This document shows positions 1 through 11,907 of a stretch of 64,000 nt of DNA, piece by piece. Both the position numbers and the translations under genes were made by a program. The stretch lies in assembly GCF_022045235.1 (NCBI RefSeq), contig NW_027266275.1, forward strand, positions 71,858,001 to 71,922,000, read 5' to 3'. The DNA comes from Haliotis cracherodii (Eukaryota). Numbering within the stretch: position 1 is the first letter of the stretch; every line of letters begins with the position of its first letter. The notes under the pieces were generated by a model that had not been told where the DNA came from, did not search any database, and worked only from the letters and a program-made list of their open reading frames with translations.

Positions 1-3000
1 TAGGTTGGTTAACGTCAGATCGACCTGTGGCTTTGTAAACTGTCACGGGGGAGAAGACAAAATCTAAATGGAAGATATAACTGTAAGGTTAATGTTAGCA
101 TCAGAAATGGCAGGTTTCATTCTTATTCCAAGTGGAGGAATAAGCGCTGTTTTTGTCCATACAAATCCTCATAAGAGGGGTGAAATACACATTCAAATGC
201 AGGATTAGTTGGATTAGAATAACGTTTTGTAACATATTACAATACTAATTTTAAGCGACGATGTTTCAGGGATGGCTCATCAGCCTTAACGTACAGACTA
301 CTAATGGGGGAAGTTCTGAAGGCACCAAGGCAAAGCCTCAGACCTTGATGATGAATGGTATCAAACAATTTTAATTTCCTTTTACAGGCTCCACCATAGA
401 CGATGGAGCCATAATCTAATTTAGAGCAAATCAGCGATCGGTACAGGTGGAGTAGAGTTTTCTGATCCCCACCCATTTTGAATTGGAAACAACTTTCATC
501 AAATCTAGGGCCTTCAGGCATCTATTATTTAAATGTTTGATGTGAGGTAAAAATGTCAAATGTCTGTCAAAAAGTATACCAAAGAATTTTGCTTCATTGA
601 CAACCTTAATAGGAATGCCATCCAAAACTAATTCTGGGTCTCTGTGAGGCTTGTACTTCCTGCAAAAGTAAATACAATTTGTTTCAGATTTCGAAAATTT
701 AAAACCGTTTTCTAAAGACCATTTATGTATTGTATTGAGACATAATTGTAAATGTTTTTCTATAGTATGCATATTATTTACCTCGACAAGATACGTTAAA
801 ATCATCCAGAAAAACGATCCATCAAGTGAATCATTTAAAACTTTTGAGAGACTATTTATTTTAATACTAAACAAAGTGACAGACAAAATACTGCCTTGTG
901 GGACACCCTGATCCTGATGATAATGATCAGACAGGGTAGAACCCACGCGGCCTCGCAATCCAAAGTCATGTAAATCTTTTAAAATACCTTGTTTCCATGC
1001 AGTGTCATATGCTTTTTCTAGATCGAAAAAGATCGAAACAATGCATGTTGCTTGTTTATTATTGCATTCTTAACGAATGACTCCAATCGAACTAAATTGT
1101 CAATGCTACTGCGATTTTTACGAAAACCACATTGAATATTTGTTATTCAATTATTGGATTCTAAGAAAGTAGTCTATTATTGACCATGCGTTCCATGGTT
1201 TTGCAAACGCAACTAGTCAATGAAATTGGTCTATAATTTGATGGATCGGTATGATCCCGTCCAGGTTTCGGTATGGGAGCAACAATGGCATCACGCCATG
1301 AAGAAGGAAATTTACCAGATGTCCAAATATCATCAAATATCAACAGTAGGGTTTTTAAATATGATTCCGGTAAATGTTTCGGGAGTTGATAATGGATGTT
1401 ATCAGTTCCTGCAGCAGGATCATGAGCATGCCCAAGGGCAGTATGGAGCTCGTGGATGGAAAATATTTCATTGTAGTCTTCCCTAATCAAATTTATCTGT
1501 GGTTTTGAGGAAGGATTCCTGAAGACAAAATGCTGATGGCTTGAAATCTTGAATTAATAGCTGAAGATCATTAAAATTGTTCTGAAATCCTCCACAATTC
1601 CATTGTATTAAATTGGGAAAGCAACTCATGGAGGCTCAATTGGAGATCGTGAGCGGGGGGAAGGTCCTCTATGCTGTATTTGTAGCGATGGAGTGACCTC
1701 CATGTCTAGAGGTTGAAAGGTTTTATGAACCTCCAGACGAACATTCAATGACAAAGGCTCCTCAACATGTTTAAGGGCCTTTGCTTCTTTCCTTCGTTGT
1801 TTTTTTTTCCTTTGTTCGTAAGTTGTCTATTAGTTTTCATTTTTCAGGTACATAGTCTGGTTGAATAACACGTTCTTGCAAAGGTACAGCTTCTGGCAGC
1901 GGTTCAGTTTGTGCAGCTGATTAAGTGCAGGTGTCAGCATCTATTTGATACAGAATTTTCTGATCTGTGGATATCCAGCTAATAGCTGTTTAAGCTGTTT
2001 TTCGCGTCTGTAAATGAGATATCAATTGTGAATTTCAGTTTTAGAATTTTTGTCTATGTCACAAAAGAGGGACATGATTTGGAGGTTGACATATGATCAC
2101 CACTGCAGTTAGCACATTTGATAGTATCCGTGCAGTCTGTCCTACAATGGGTCTTACTGCAGCGGGAGCAAATTTGGGTATGGCGACAGCATTTGGCTCC
2201 GTGTCCAAATTGTTGACATTTGTTACATCCACTCCGATGCTAAAATAACTGGCTTTAATGGAGGAAGGAAGCTTGCGAGGGTAAATGTGAAAAGATACGT
2301 AGTTGTTTTAATGATAGTATCACTATCTTTCATGGTGAACCGTTTCACAGAAGAAACACCTTGAGATTTCAATTCTGCCACAATCTCTTCTACAGACATG
2401 TCTGTGAGGCACTTTCACGTACAATGCCCCTACATGAATTGAGGTTTTTGTGCACAGAAACAACAATCTCTGTATTTGCAAAATGTTTGGCTTTGAGTAG
2501 ATTCCGAGATTGCTATCTCCTTGCACATTCCACAAGCAGGGAACCGGACCGGAGACGAGTAACATTTCTTACAGTACCACAAATACTTTCAAAAGATTTT
2601 GAAACTACAAAGGGGTTGGGTTTGAGAGGCTCACCTTCAACCCTCTCTAGAACTAGAAATCATGGCCACGCCACAAATCAATATTTTGTACAGATTCCTC
2701 AGCAGAAAGTAATGCAGCATCTGTATCAATATGCCTTCTTTTATTTATTTTTTATCCAGAACAAGTGAACTATGGGGTATCCATTATGGAAGAACTGATA
2801 TTCAACAACCCTGCTCCTCACCAACCATGGAGTGTCTACAAGGACGGTGCTGCAGTGGGAGCCGACTACAAACACCAGGGTTTCAGGGGTGCTATACTCC
2901 AGCAGAAAAGACACAGGAAATAAAATTGTCAAACAGTATATAAGTAAGGCTGGTTCCGCCCCGGAGACAGTTAGCTGATGACAAATAGAACCCGATGCTC

Positions 3001-3300
3001 AATAATGCCAGAATGGCCCATTAGCAACCGCCTTCTGGCATAGGACTCTAGGCAGATTTATAATGTTTCCAAAATCTTAAGGATATATTCAAAATCGAAA
3101 TATGCCTTGCACAGGGCATGGCGTGACCAGCCGATTGATAGAACCGGCCCATTCTACCACCCGTCTAGGTGAAGTTAGGGTCAAAGTGGTGTGTTGGGCA
3201 AAAGGGACACTTTTCCTGGCTCCAGTGCCCTCAACCACCAAAAATCCTTCCTCCACCGACACAGGGACACAGACAGAGCAATTTAGGAAAACCTTGTCTA
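1..3300 (-). mobile_element. Degenerate I-clade (Nimb/Ingi-like) non-LTR retrotransposon: ORF1 with zinc knuckles, then APE/RT ORF2 fragments; runs off the window start
   Basis: Minus strand. ORF1 reads WPRFLVLE...NPFVVSKSF (~2590-2670) and CNKCQQFGH/CSRCSKTH/CANCSGDH knuckles (~2070-2230). APE start LIQWNCGG..CLQESFLK at ~1510-1610. RT motifs PSNYRPISLTSCVCKTMERMVN (1161-1490), GVPQGSILS (431-958) and LYRSLICSKLDYGSIVYG..LGAFRTSP (237-521). Frameshifts and stops throughout; the 5' boundary is approximate. Confidence 0.9.
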
Positions 3301-4110
3301 ACCTTGTGTACCCATTCCAATCCTCTGCTTATCAACTCGACACTCGCAAATAAACATTTGTTCGCTACCCTTCTAAATTAGATTATGAAACGTTACCATG
3401 TTATTCCAGATGGGAACACAAATCACAATATACTGACAGTGATTGAAAAGCTTTTAATATTCTCGCAGGTAAATGCACTCAAAGTATACGTCAAGATCAC
3501 AGATAGTCTTGTATATATTAATTATATCTTAGTACTTTAGATAGATGTATAATGGTATGGTTACATTAGTATATTAAGGTTGTTTTTAGATATTGTCAGG
3601 TCATACTATGGGAACAGGTTAGATTCAGGGAAGCGTGACTGGGTACGGCTGATAGTTGGGGAGTTAATTGGTGTAACAATAGGGAGGTCAGGGGTAGCTT
3701 GGACTTTGGGGTCAGTTTAAATTGCGGGGCAGGGCAATAATTTGTACAGTCAGCCAGAATCAGTATGTTCATTTAAGGCATGGACGAACATTGTGGAAGA
3801 TTTCTACTCATGGCGTAAGTTTTTACATTTTTTTGTTTCATGTAAAATTGTATTTTAGAGGATAGAATTTTGAGTTATGCATTGTTTTCAAATGTAATGA
3901 TATACACATACAGATTGTAATAACGTAAAGCCACTGTAACAATAACAACAACATGATCAAAGTATAAACAGCTCGACTCAGTAAAATGTAAATCGGAGTA
4001 TTGGTGCATTGTTGTATGTATTGTAAAGTAGTGACACATACCTCAGTAACTATAGTTGCTCATATTATATTTTAATGTCATGGAACTGGCCGGTTATGCT
4101 AATAGTCAAG

Positions 4111-4300
4111 TACGTAGGAGGAAAGAAGTACCTCCGATAGTACGTAGTAGGAAGGACGAACCTCCAACATTACGTAAGGAAAGAAGTTCCCCGACGCTAC
4201 GTAAGGAGAAATCTCCGTTGCAGTGAACATCATATGATGAACACAGCCGTGGCATCTAAGTAACTCAGGAACCCTTAACGTACGTACGTAGCTTACGTAT
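4111..4300. repeat. Degenerate ~30-bp tandem units anchored on TACGTA
   Basis: TACGTA at 4111, 4141, 4171, 4198, then 4281-4299; the first four are each followed by a purine-rich run and a CTCC/CCCC tract. Confidence 0.6.
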
Positions 4301-4744
4301 GTATTCTGGTAAGTCATGGCTTGACAGAACGGAGCCACTAAGGCCTGGAGAAAATCGGGGAAAATCCAAAGTTGGACTGCCTTGGTGGTTGGAGGGCCCA
4401 CACCGAGTTCCAAGACCTTAGAATAAAACTGATATTACCTTGTATAATAAGTGAAGACCGAGAAGGTTTTGTTGTTGGAAGGCATACTGAAGAGTCGAAG
4501 TAACTAGGCTTTTTAGATTTTCTGGCTTACCACTATCAGAAACCTTTCAATTCGCTAGATAGAGAATAGTTCATAAACGTTTTAAGTTTTCTTTAATTTC
4601 GTACCAAGCATTTATTGTTGGATAGAAACGTTCTGCAATTCCTCTTGTCATATATCTTAGTAGGATGTCTGGACATTCAATATGGCTACAAACTTCATCC
4701 TGTGGCCAGGCTCGCTGATTTGCTTATTGAGAGTCAACGTATCC

Positions 4745-4872
4745 CAACTGCACAGATCAATTCTTTTGACATCAGCCACTAGATTGTCTGGGCCAGACTT
4801 TATTATTTACGGGCCACCGTCATATGGCTGGAATATTGCTGAGTGCGGCGTAAACAACAAACTAACAAACAA
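4745..4872 (+). mobile_element. 3' fragment of a dispersed SINE-like repeat with an AAAC tail
   Basis: GATTGTCTGGGCCAGACT..GCTGGAATATTGCTGAGTGCGGCGTAAACAACAAAC; same family as 53040-53290 and 28590-28695. Confidence 0.7.
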
Positions 4873-5206
4873 ATATCAACAGACAATGGAAATACCACTT
4901 ACACATGAACACGTGGATAGACATGTAAAAAGAAATATCCATAAAAAAGGAATACGAATATCACATACCTCACCAGTACGTAAATAGACAACAAACAGAA
5001 CTGTCACTATAGTGTGTGAATGATGTCTTCGGCAATATCCAAAAATATTGTAAACTTGTACGTAAACAGACATGTGCCAACTTTAAACATCCTCGTATGC
5101 GATCAACCTATTCCTATTACGTTGTAGACAACTAGTGATATATACTATGAGTTCATGGTTTCTACGTATAGCTCATGTGATGAACGTGGCCGTAGTTTGT
5201 GACATG

Positions 5207-6457
5207 TCAAAAATATGCTATCTTAAGGAAACCAATCAAAGTTGTTATGATGAACAGCATGAAAAACAAACAAAAGAAAAGTTTGTTCATCATTCTGCTA
5301 ACTCGCTTCCAGGTCACTGATGGGGGATTCCATGAGTCCTTTGACATCCTTTCCTGTGTCAGGGTCTCCTGGTTTCCGACTGCAGGGGTGCCAAAGATGC
5401 ATCTTTCCCAGGCCCTTATTATACGACCCATCCATGAAGGAACAGGCCTGATGGCAGCGTCTCGATAAAACACCTGTGTGATCCAGATGGTCAGAAACAC
5501 GTAGATAGAGCTCATTACAAATTGGCCAACAATGAAGATAGTAAATACAGGTAAGGTGTCACCGTTCTGAGGCAGCAGTCCAGTGACGAAGGTCAGGGAT
5601 ACCATGAAAGACAGCAGCACTGTGATGGCAAAGGACAGCTTCTCTCCAGACTCCACAGGGATGAGGAACACCACCACATTGACTAATGCCAGCATCATGA
5701 CAGGCAGCAGAATTGTCAGTATAACTAGGGAGGACTTTCTCTTCAGTGTCATTTTGAAGTTTATAAATGGGTGAGGCATGTCGCTGGTTTCAAGGACAAC
5801 TCTTTGCGCAGATGTGTAAATAATATCCCATTGGCTGTTAGCGTTAAACAGGTCTAATCCTATAGAGTTATTGATCGGTTTTAAATCCACTTCTTTTAAG
5901 GTATTTCCCCAATCAAACGTACTGTAAGTACATTCTTGTTCATCCAAAGGAAAATTGGTAACATCCATTTGGCAGAAAGTCTTGAAGGTATCACCAGGTG
6001 CCCAATTCACAATTCCATTGGCTGTCACTTTCATGATCCCGAAGTCGAGTCCCAGGGGTTCAACACTATCCACGACGTTGTTAATAGTGATGTAAGGTCT
6101 CCACACCATCCCATAGTCAGGACTTATTTCACTGACTCCTCCATACTCGCTGGCGTTCCAAGTTAGGAACTCATCTTTCCAGATAACTAAGAAAAACCCA
6201 TTAGCTGTCACTGTCTGAGTTACTTCATCAAAATCAGACATGCTGAGAAGATAAAGTTGTAATGAGACCGTGATGGTGTCACTGCTATTCTTGACAGGTC
6301 TGACTTTGGGGTTGTTGTTTTTGATGATGTCATTGTGTAGTCGAAGTATATGGTGGTCATCCTGACCTCTAGTGGTCCCCAGTAACAACAATAGGTACAG
6401 TCCACATGTTACTACCTCCAGCCGATGCATCCCTACCTCCGTGTACAGCCGCAACAT
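5207..6457 (-). CDS. Intronless non-canonical nAChR-like Cys-loop ligand-gated ion channel subunit (subfamily A, locus 1)
   Basis: 416-aa uninterrupted ORF (alternative ATG at 6430). Signal peptide, Cys-loop CQMDVTNFPLDEQEC, M1-M3 with GEKLSFAITVLLS, short intracellular loop, MA/M4 WKRVSRMMNKLFF. No loop-C CC. Confidence 0.95.
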   Translation of the reverse strand: MLRLYTEVGMHRLEVVTCGLYLLLLLGTTRGQDDHHILRLHNDIIKNNNPKVRPVKNSSDTITVSLQLYLLSMSDFDEVTQTVTANGFFLVIWKDEFLTWNASEYGGVSEISPDYGMVWRPYITINNVVDSVEPLGLDFGIMKVTANGIVNWAPGDTFKTFCQMDVTNFPLDEQECTYSTFDWGNTLKEVDLKPINNSIGLDLFNANSQWDIIYTSAQRVVLETSDMPHPFINFKMTLKRKSSLVILTILLPVMMLALVNVVVFLIPVESGEKLSFAITVLLSFMVSLTFVTGLLPQNGDTLPVFTIFIVGQFVMSSIYVFLTIWITQVFYRDAAIRPVPSWMGRIIRAWERCIFGTPAVGNQETLTQERMSKDSWNPPSVTWKRVSRMMNKLFFCLFFMLFIITTLIGFLKIAYF

Positions 6458-6983
6458 TTATATTCTCTGTCTGGTACCCGAGATGTCCATTCCACTCTAC
6501 TGGGCGTCAAGCCAGTGGTGGCGAATTATAGTGTCAATCAGCTAAACTGGGTTGTTTTCCGGTTCGCTCACGAAGGTAGTAAATCAAATATGCTTTTACC
6601 CGTTTATTGTTTGAATTGTAAACGCCATTAACTAAAATGTTTCACTGTTTGCATTTGTGTAATTCTATCATCAACCATTATGTGAATACTACGTGATACA
6701 CACTAGGAAGCCCACGTATGTACATTCACTTGATTGCATTATTAACGGCAGAATTTTATGTCCTTGTGCCGATCATATAACAAAATGTGGTCATTAATTC
6801 CTACAAAGAACAACAAACAGAGAACTACAGCTATGTGTCAGTGATATATTAATGCATTGACGACTTCGGAAACATGTGAATATGTAGTAATTGAAAACGT
6901 GACTGTTATTAATAATGAGGTCATTAATTGTAACAAGCACATTTAGATCAATAAAGGGACTCTTTTTCTTCTTTGTAGTGCAA

Positions 6984-7374
6984 GACCACCTCCGTGGTCT
7001 AGTGGTAGAGCGTCCGCCCGTTGAGCGGAAGTTCCTTGGTTCGATCCCCGGCCGCATCATACCAAAAGACGTTAAAAGATGGTACTTGTTGTAACCCTGT
7101 CTGGCGCTCGACATTAAGGGGCTAAAACAAGGACTGGTCGGCTCGGAGTCAGTATACTGTGTCTGAGTTGGGTATTCATCTTAAACTGTGGCATGGTATC
7201 TCAGTCTGCAAGCGCTATAAATCGGCATCAGTCCGGACTACTACAAGCAGCCACACACACACATACACACGTGCATGCACGTCGCTATATAACTGCAATA
7301 ATCTTGGACGCCACGTTAAACCCCACCTCACCTCACCTCACCTCACCTCACCTCACCTCACCTCACCTCACCTC
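6984..7374 (+). mobile_element. Full-length tRNA-derived SINE (MetaSINE-like core) with (CACCT)n tail
   Basis: A box TGGTCTAGTGG, B box GGTTCGATCCC, core ATACCAAAAGACGTTAAAAGATGGTACTTG. TSD TGTAGTGCA at 6974-6982 and 7375-7383. Near-identical copy at 26884. Confidence 0.9.
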
Positions 7375-7579
7375 TGTAGTGCATTGTCCCCTCACACTGA
7401 TCATATTTGTAATTAATCACCAACAATAAAAGGTATTATTTCCATCCGGCCCTTTTTGTATCATGCCTGCATCCTTCCAATATAGTCTTATGTCACATTA
7501 TAGGTTCACTGAGCTGTGTAATCGAGATAACCTGATATAGCATATCTGAATTAAAATAGTTCCATTATGATTATTTGCT

Positions 7580-8560
7580 GATAAGACCATTGTACGATTC
7601 CGACTATAAAGAGGAAGAAGAAATTCAGGATAGTGACACCCTCAAACGAAGAATCATGTCAGATAATAGATACCACCACCCTCGCTCTTCTCTCAATCGC
7701 TTATATTTACCAATTATAATGGGAGGGCGTGTTTTGATTAACGTTGAGGCTCTACGTGGTAGAATTGTATTGTGCACTTTTGCACACATTTATTTGTCTG
7801 ACGATCTTGTGAAATGTGTCAAGACTCATGATGAAAACAAGGCATTCCGTAGTTTTCTTAAACAAGCCAAGAATGTGGGACCTAATCTCAATGTCAATGT
7901 TGACTTTGCTGATAGTTCTGTGTCAACCAAGTGAAGTGCCATATCAAATCGAACGACCACTACAACGCGTTTATGTGCAGTGTGTTCAGAAGAAAGGAAC
8001 CCTGCAAAGTCTTCGCTTTGATTAAGTCGGCTGACCTGAAAAGTGAAACCGTATGCTTTCTGTTTGCTGCCCAGGACCACTGGAAACTGTCAGTGTGTGA
8101 TTTTGCATCAAAATGTAATGCATCACATTGTCAGTGGATGCCCAAACACAAACACAGTATCTTACGCGACAGGGTGGAAACAGATGTCCATCCATTGAAC
8201 GACCCAGATAATGTAGAGACTCAAGGAAAATGATAAATACAAAATTCTTTGGAATAGGTCCGTATACAGCCTCAGACCTAGCCAGGCCAACAAGCTGATC
8301 TTGTCCTTTTTGTTAAATCCAATGAAATAATCTATATCATTGAATTTTCCGTCCCTTTTGACACTATTGTGATTGACAAGATTGAGGGAAAACATGGCAA
8401 ATATCCAGGCCTCGCTTTCAAAATGTCACGCTTGCATCCCAAGTGCCAAGTTGTCCGACTCCCCATTGTTCTCGGTGCCTTAGGTTTGGTAATTCCCGAA
8501 CTGTTGATACACATTGGGAGAGTACCCGGGTTGGCTACCAGGAATACAGTCCAACTGAAT
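7580..8560 (+). mobile_element. Degenerate RLE-type (R4/Dong-like) non-LTR retrotransposon, 3' portion
   Basis: HHPRSSLNRLYLPIIMGGRVL (compare HHPKADVDRLYLPRKEGGRGL), ETVCFLFAAQD, KILWNR..IIEFSVPFDT..KHGKY..RLPIVLGALG restriction-like endonuclease motifs; frameshifted. Confidence 0.8.
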
Positions 8561-8741
8561 CAGGCTTTGGCAGATAATCGAGACTGATGTACATCCAGCG
8601 TTGACGTTTTCAATAATACAAAGAACCGCACATGTCAAAAAACAGGATTTACTTCGCAATGGAAACATAAATACATATGTGCATCCTGTCGATACAGTCA
8701 AGACGGATCCCTCTTTGGAAATAACAAATGTGACCAACCAG

Positions 8742-9158
8742 GAGAAAAGGGACCTTGTGGGTGCTAGGATACAATTGCAGTGACGTCATTAAGAGGGACA
8801 TTTGACGTCAACTTACTTCCGTAAAAAAATGGCCATGTGTGAGGACTGTACAAAAACATCTAACTTTTCTCTTGTTAGTTCGTAATATAATAAAACCTTA
8901 TTTCACAAAATTTTAGCATACACGTCCTACTTTCAATTAATCAGGGAGTATATTTAAAAAGTGCAATTATTACATAAAGAGTTTCATAAACTATTTTAAA
9001 TTGGACTTTGCAGAAAATGAGTCCAAAGTTTATGCAATGTATTCCTTTACTAAATATGAACTGAAGCTTGTGATTTTTTTTGTGTTCCTAAGATACTGTA
9101 GTTTTTAAATATAATGAGAAGTCAAAATGTGATTTTTCACCCAAAAGGTTCATTTCTC
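8742..9158. mobile_element. Possible MITE
   Basis: Imperfect inverted termini GAGAAAAGGGACCTTGTGGGTG (8742) and CACCCAAAAGGTTCATTTCTC (9138-9158); non-coding interior. Confidence 0.4.
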
Positions 9159-10846
9159 ACCCAAAAGGTCTCATAGTTGACTACAAATATTTAAAAATAT
9201 GCAGATACAACAATCTCAATTACGTTACTACAAACACATGGCTTCATCAGCCTAATGTTATTCTATCGATACTTGCGCCTGAGTAACAAATACATCTCCC
9301 CTGAACCGTGCATAACATCATTGTGATCTTGTTTCACCTAACCACTGACTAATGTCTGAAATCACAAACTGAGTACGAAGAAAAACAACATATTTGGTGT
9401 AAAGCACTACATCCATAATGTTTCTATCCCGCGTTTATGTGAGTTTGCACGAGTACATCATTTTGGAGTTTTTGTTTTTGTTTTTGTTTCGTTTCGTTTC
9501 GTTTCGTTTTATCCCACTCGTGATATTGTTGAACTAATGCTAAAGTCGGCTCAAAAAAATATTCATTAGCTCACTCACTCATTCAATCATTCTTGGACGG
9601 TGATTGGACAATCTGATTCTCAGAATATGTCTTAATCAGTCACTCAAAAATCAGATGTTTCTTCACAGAAATTATCTTACTCAGTTTGGACGATATAAAT
9701 GAAATTGAATACGTGTTTTACCTTGATAACTCATCTCGCATCTGCCTTCTGATTCGTTAAGTTTGCTACACATGGAATTTCTGCTGTTGGGACAGACACA
9801 TGTGGGTAATTGATTTATGGTGAATGTTATATTCTGTGGAATTTAACATTATAGATGACTGATGTGAGAAATTAGTGTTGTATAAGGATATTGCAGGTGT
9901 CAAATGACTGGTTGATTGTTTACCTGGCAAATATCGGCCTCGGCGTTCTGTATGTACTTAATGATATGTACTTGTCTCTCTCAGTGTCATGTATCAACTC
10001 TAACTACTGAATAAACGTTCATTATAGTATTAGCCATTTGCCAATATTTAACAATGGCTTGGGTGTAATGATTTTCGGAACTTTCCAAGAATACGCTGAT
10101 GTGAGTTCAGTGCACAGTATATCTCCAACCTAGTTAGTCTCGGATGAATGTGGGTGTAGTGTACTGAACACTCTCTGCAAAGGTAGCAGAACCTTTTGGG
10201 GAGATAATAATGCATGTATTAATTGTACCTCACATACTTCTCCACAATTTATCCGGACCATGTGATGAATTAACTATGTAAGTGCGCATATTTGGATGAG
10301 TTTATCCTGATAAATTGCCTCCTGAATGTGTCATGTTATCAACTGAAAAAACAACATCGACATGAATAATATAAATCAAATCTCACGAGGTCAACGATGA
10401 TGGAAGCCAAAACAAGCACAGAATTGGAGATATTTCTACTGACAGATCAATCTTTTTCAGAAAAAGAATCTGATCGTATCTCAATGTTTCATAATATCTT
10501 TCGGTTTGGCATCGTTGGTGTTAAACGTTAACACAAGTACATTATCAGAACAACAGGGGAATGTAAGCTTTCCAACATCGTCTAACTTTGGTGACTGTGA
10601 CCGAGGATGCATTGTTACGGCGACAACGACGACCCCTGAAACGGGAGTCATCACTTTACCTTGGAGTCTGGAGATGTAAAACGGTTGTGATGCTACAAAC
10701 CCATGCACGTGTCAATGAAAAGGATATACTACGTAATGGAAACATAATACATATACAATACAAGACACGTTCACTCATCAATAGCAACATTATTCCACCT
10801 AAATTAATACGACCATCAACATACAGTAACGCTGTCATGTGGGGAG

Positions 10847-10995
10847 TGAGTGAGTGAGTGAATGAGTATGGTTTTACGCCGCTTTTAGCAATATTCCAGC
10901 AACGGCTTCACACACTGTACCCATGTCGGGAATTGAACCCGGGTCTTCGGCGTGACGAGCGAACGCTTTAACAACTAGGCTACCCGATCGCCCCG
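10847..10995 (-). mobile_element. Short tRNA(Asp-like)-derived SINE with (CACT)n tail
   Basis: Minus strand GGGGCGATCGGGTAGCCTAGTTGTTAAAGCGTTCGCTCGTCACGCCGAAGACCCGGGTTCAATTCCC...GCTGGAATATTGCTAAAAGCGGCGTAAAACC. Further copies at 25178, 50620 and 55560. Confidence 0.85.
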
Positions 10996-11242
10996 TCTGT
11001 CATATGGATACACAAAGCCAATGTTATACTATTAATTTGATACTTCAGCAGGCATAGCACATCCATGAAGGCACGGATACATTAGAATTACACATGAGTA
11101 TATTATGGGTTTATCAATACGAATATTGTTTAACCGACATATATGTAATACATATGTCACATACGAGAAAGGGTTTCTCAATACAAATACTATATATATT
11201 AATCAAATGGACCAATAAATAGAGTACCTGCCAAGATAGGGG

Positions 11243-11510
11243 AAGGTCGGCGGTTCGATCCCCCGCCGCGTCATTTCAAAAGACAACACGGTTAAAAGAC
11301 GTAATTCTGTTGCTACCATGCCTGGATCTCAGTATTAAGGGGATTAAAACAAGGACTGGACGATTCGGAGTTAGTATACTGTGTCTGAGTGGGGTATCCA
11401 TGTTAATCTGCAGGATGATATCTCAATTGGTTAGCACTACAAAACCGGCGTAAATACGGGCTAGCACAAGCAGTCAGACACACACGTGCATGCACGTCGC
11501 TATGTAAGTG
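11243..11510 (+). mobile_element. 5'-truncated, diverged MetaSINE-like copy
   Basis: Colinear similarity to 7035-7290. Confidence 0.75.
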
Positions 11511-11713
11511 CCAATATATCAATACAATTGCAAAGCCACAGATACCAAATATAGAGAAATATAGTTAACAAATGAATGCATCGATAGAAGTGCACATCAG
11601 TACGGGAATAGACAGCACGTTGAACTGCCAACAGATACCGTCTAGCGGGCCTTTTCTGACCTGGAATCAATACGTTAGAGACGAAACGTCAAAGAAAGAC
11701 AAAGTGCTAAATA

Positions 11714-11907
11714 NNNNNNNNNNNNNNNNNNNNNNNNNNNNNNNNNNNNNNNNNNNNNNNNNNNNNNNNNNNNNNNNNNNNNNNNNNNNNNNNNNNNNNN
11801 NNNNNNNNNNNNNNNNNNNNNNNNNNNNNNNNNNNNNNNNNNNNNNNNNNNNNNNNNNNNNNNNNNNNNNNNNNNNNNNNNNNNNNNNNNNNNNNNNNNN
11901 NNNNNNN
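11714..11907. other. Assembly gap
   Basis: Run of N. Confidence 1.

Noticed and set aside
6984-7060. tRNA genes at SINE heads (also 10920-10995, 25178, 26884, 57650-57746)
   Set aside because: They continue into shared SINE bodies and tails, several have TSDs, and the acceptor stems are not intact.
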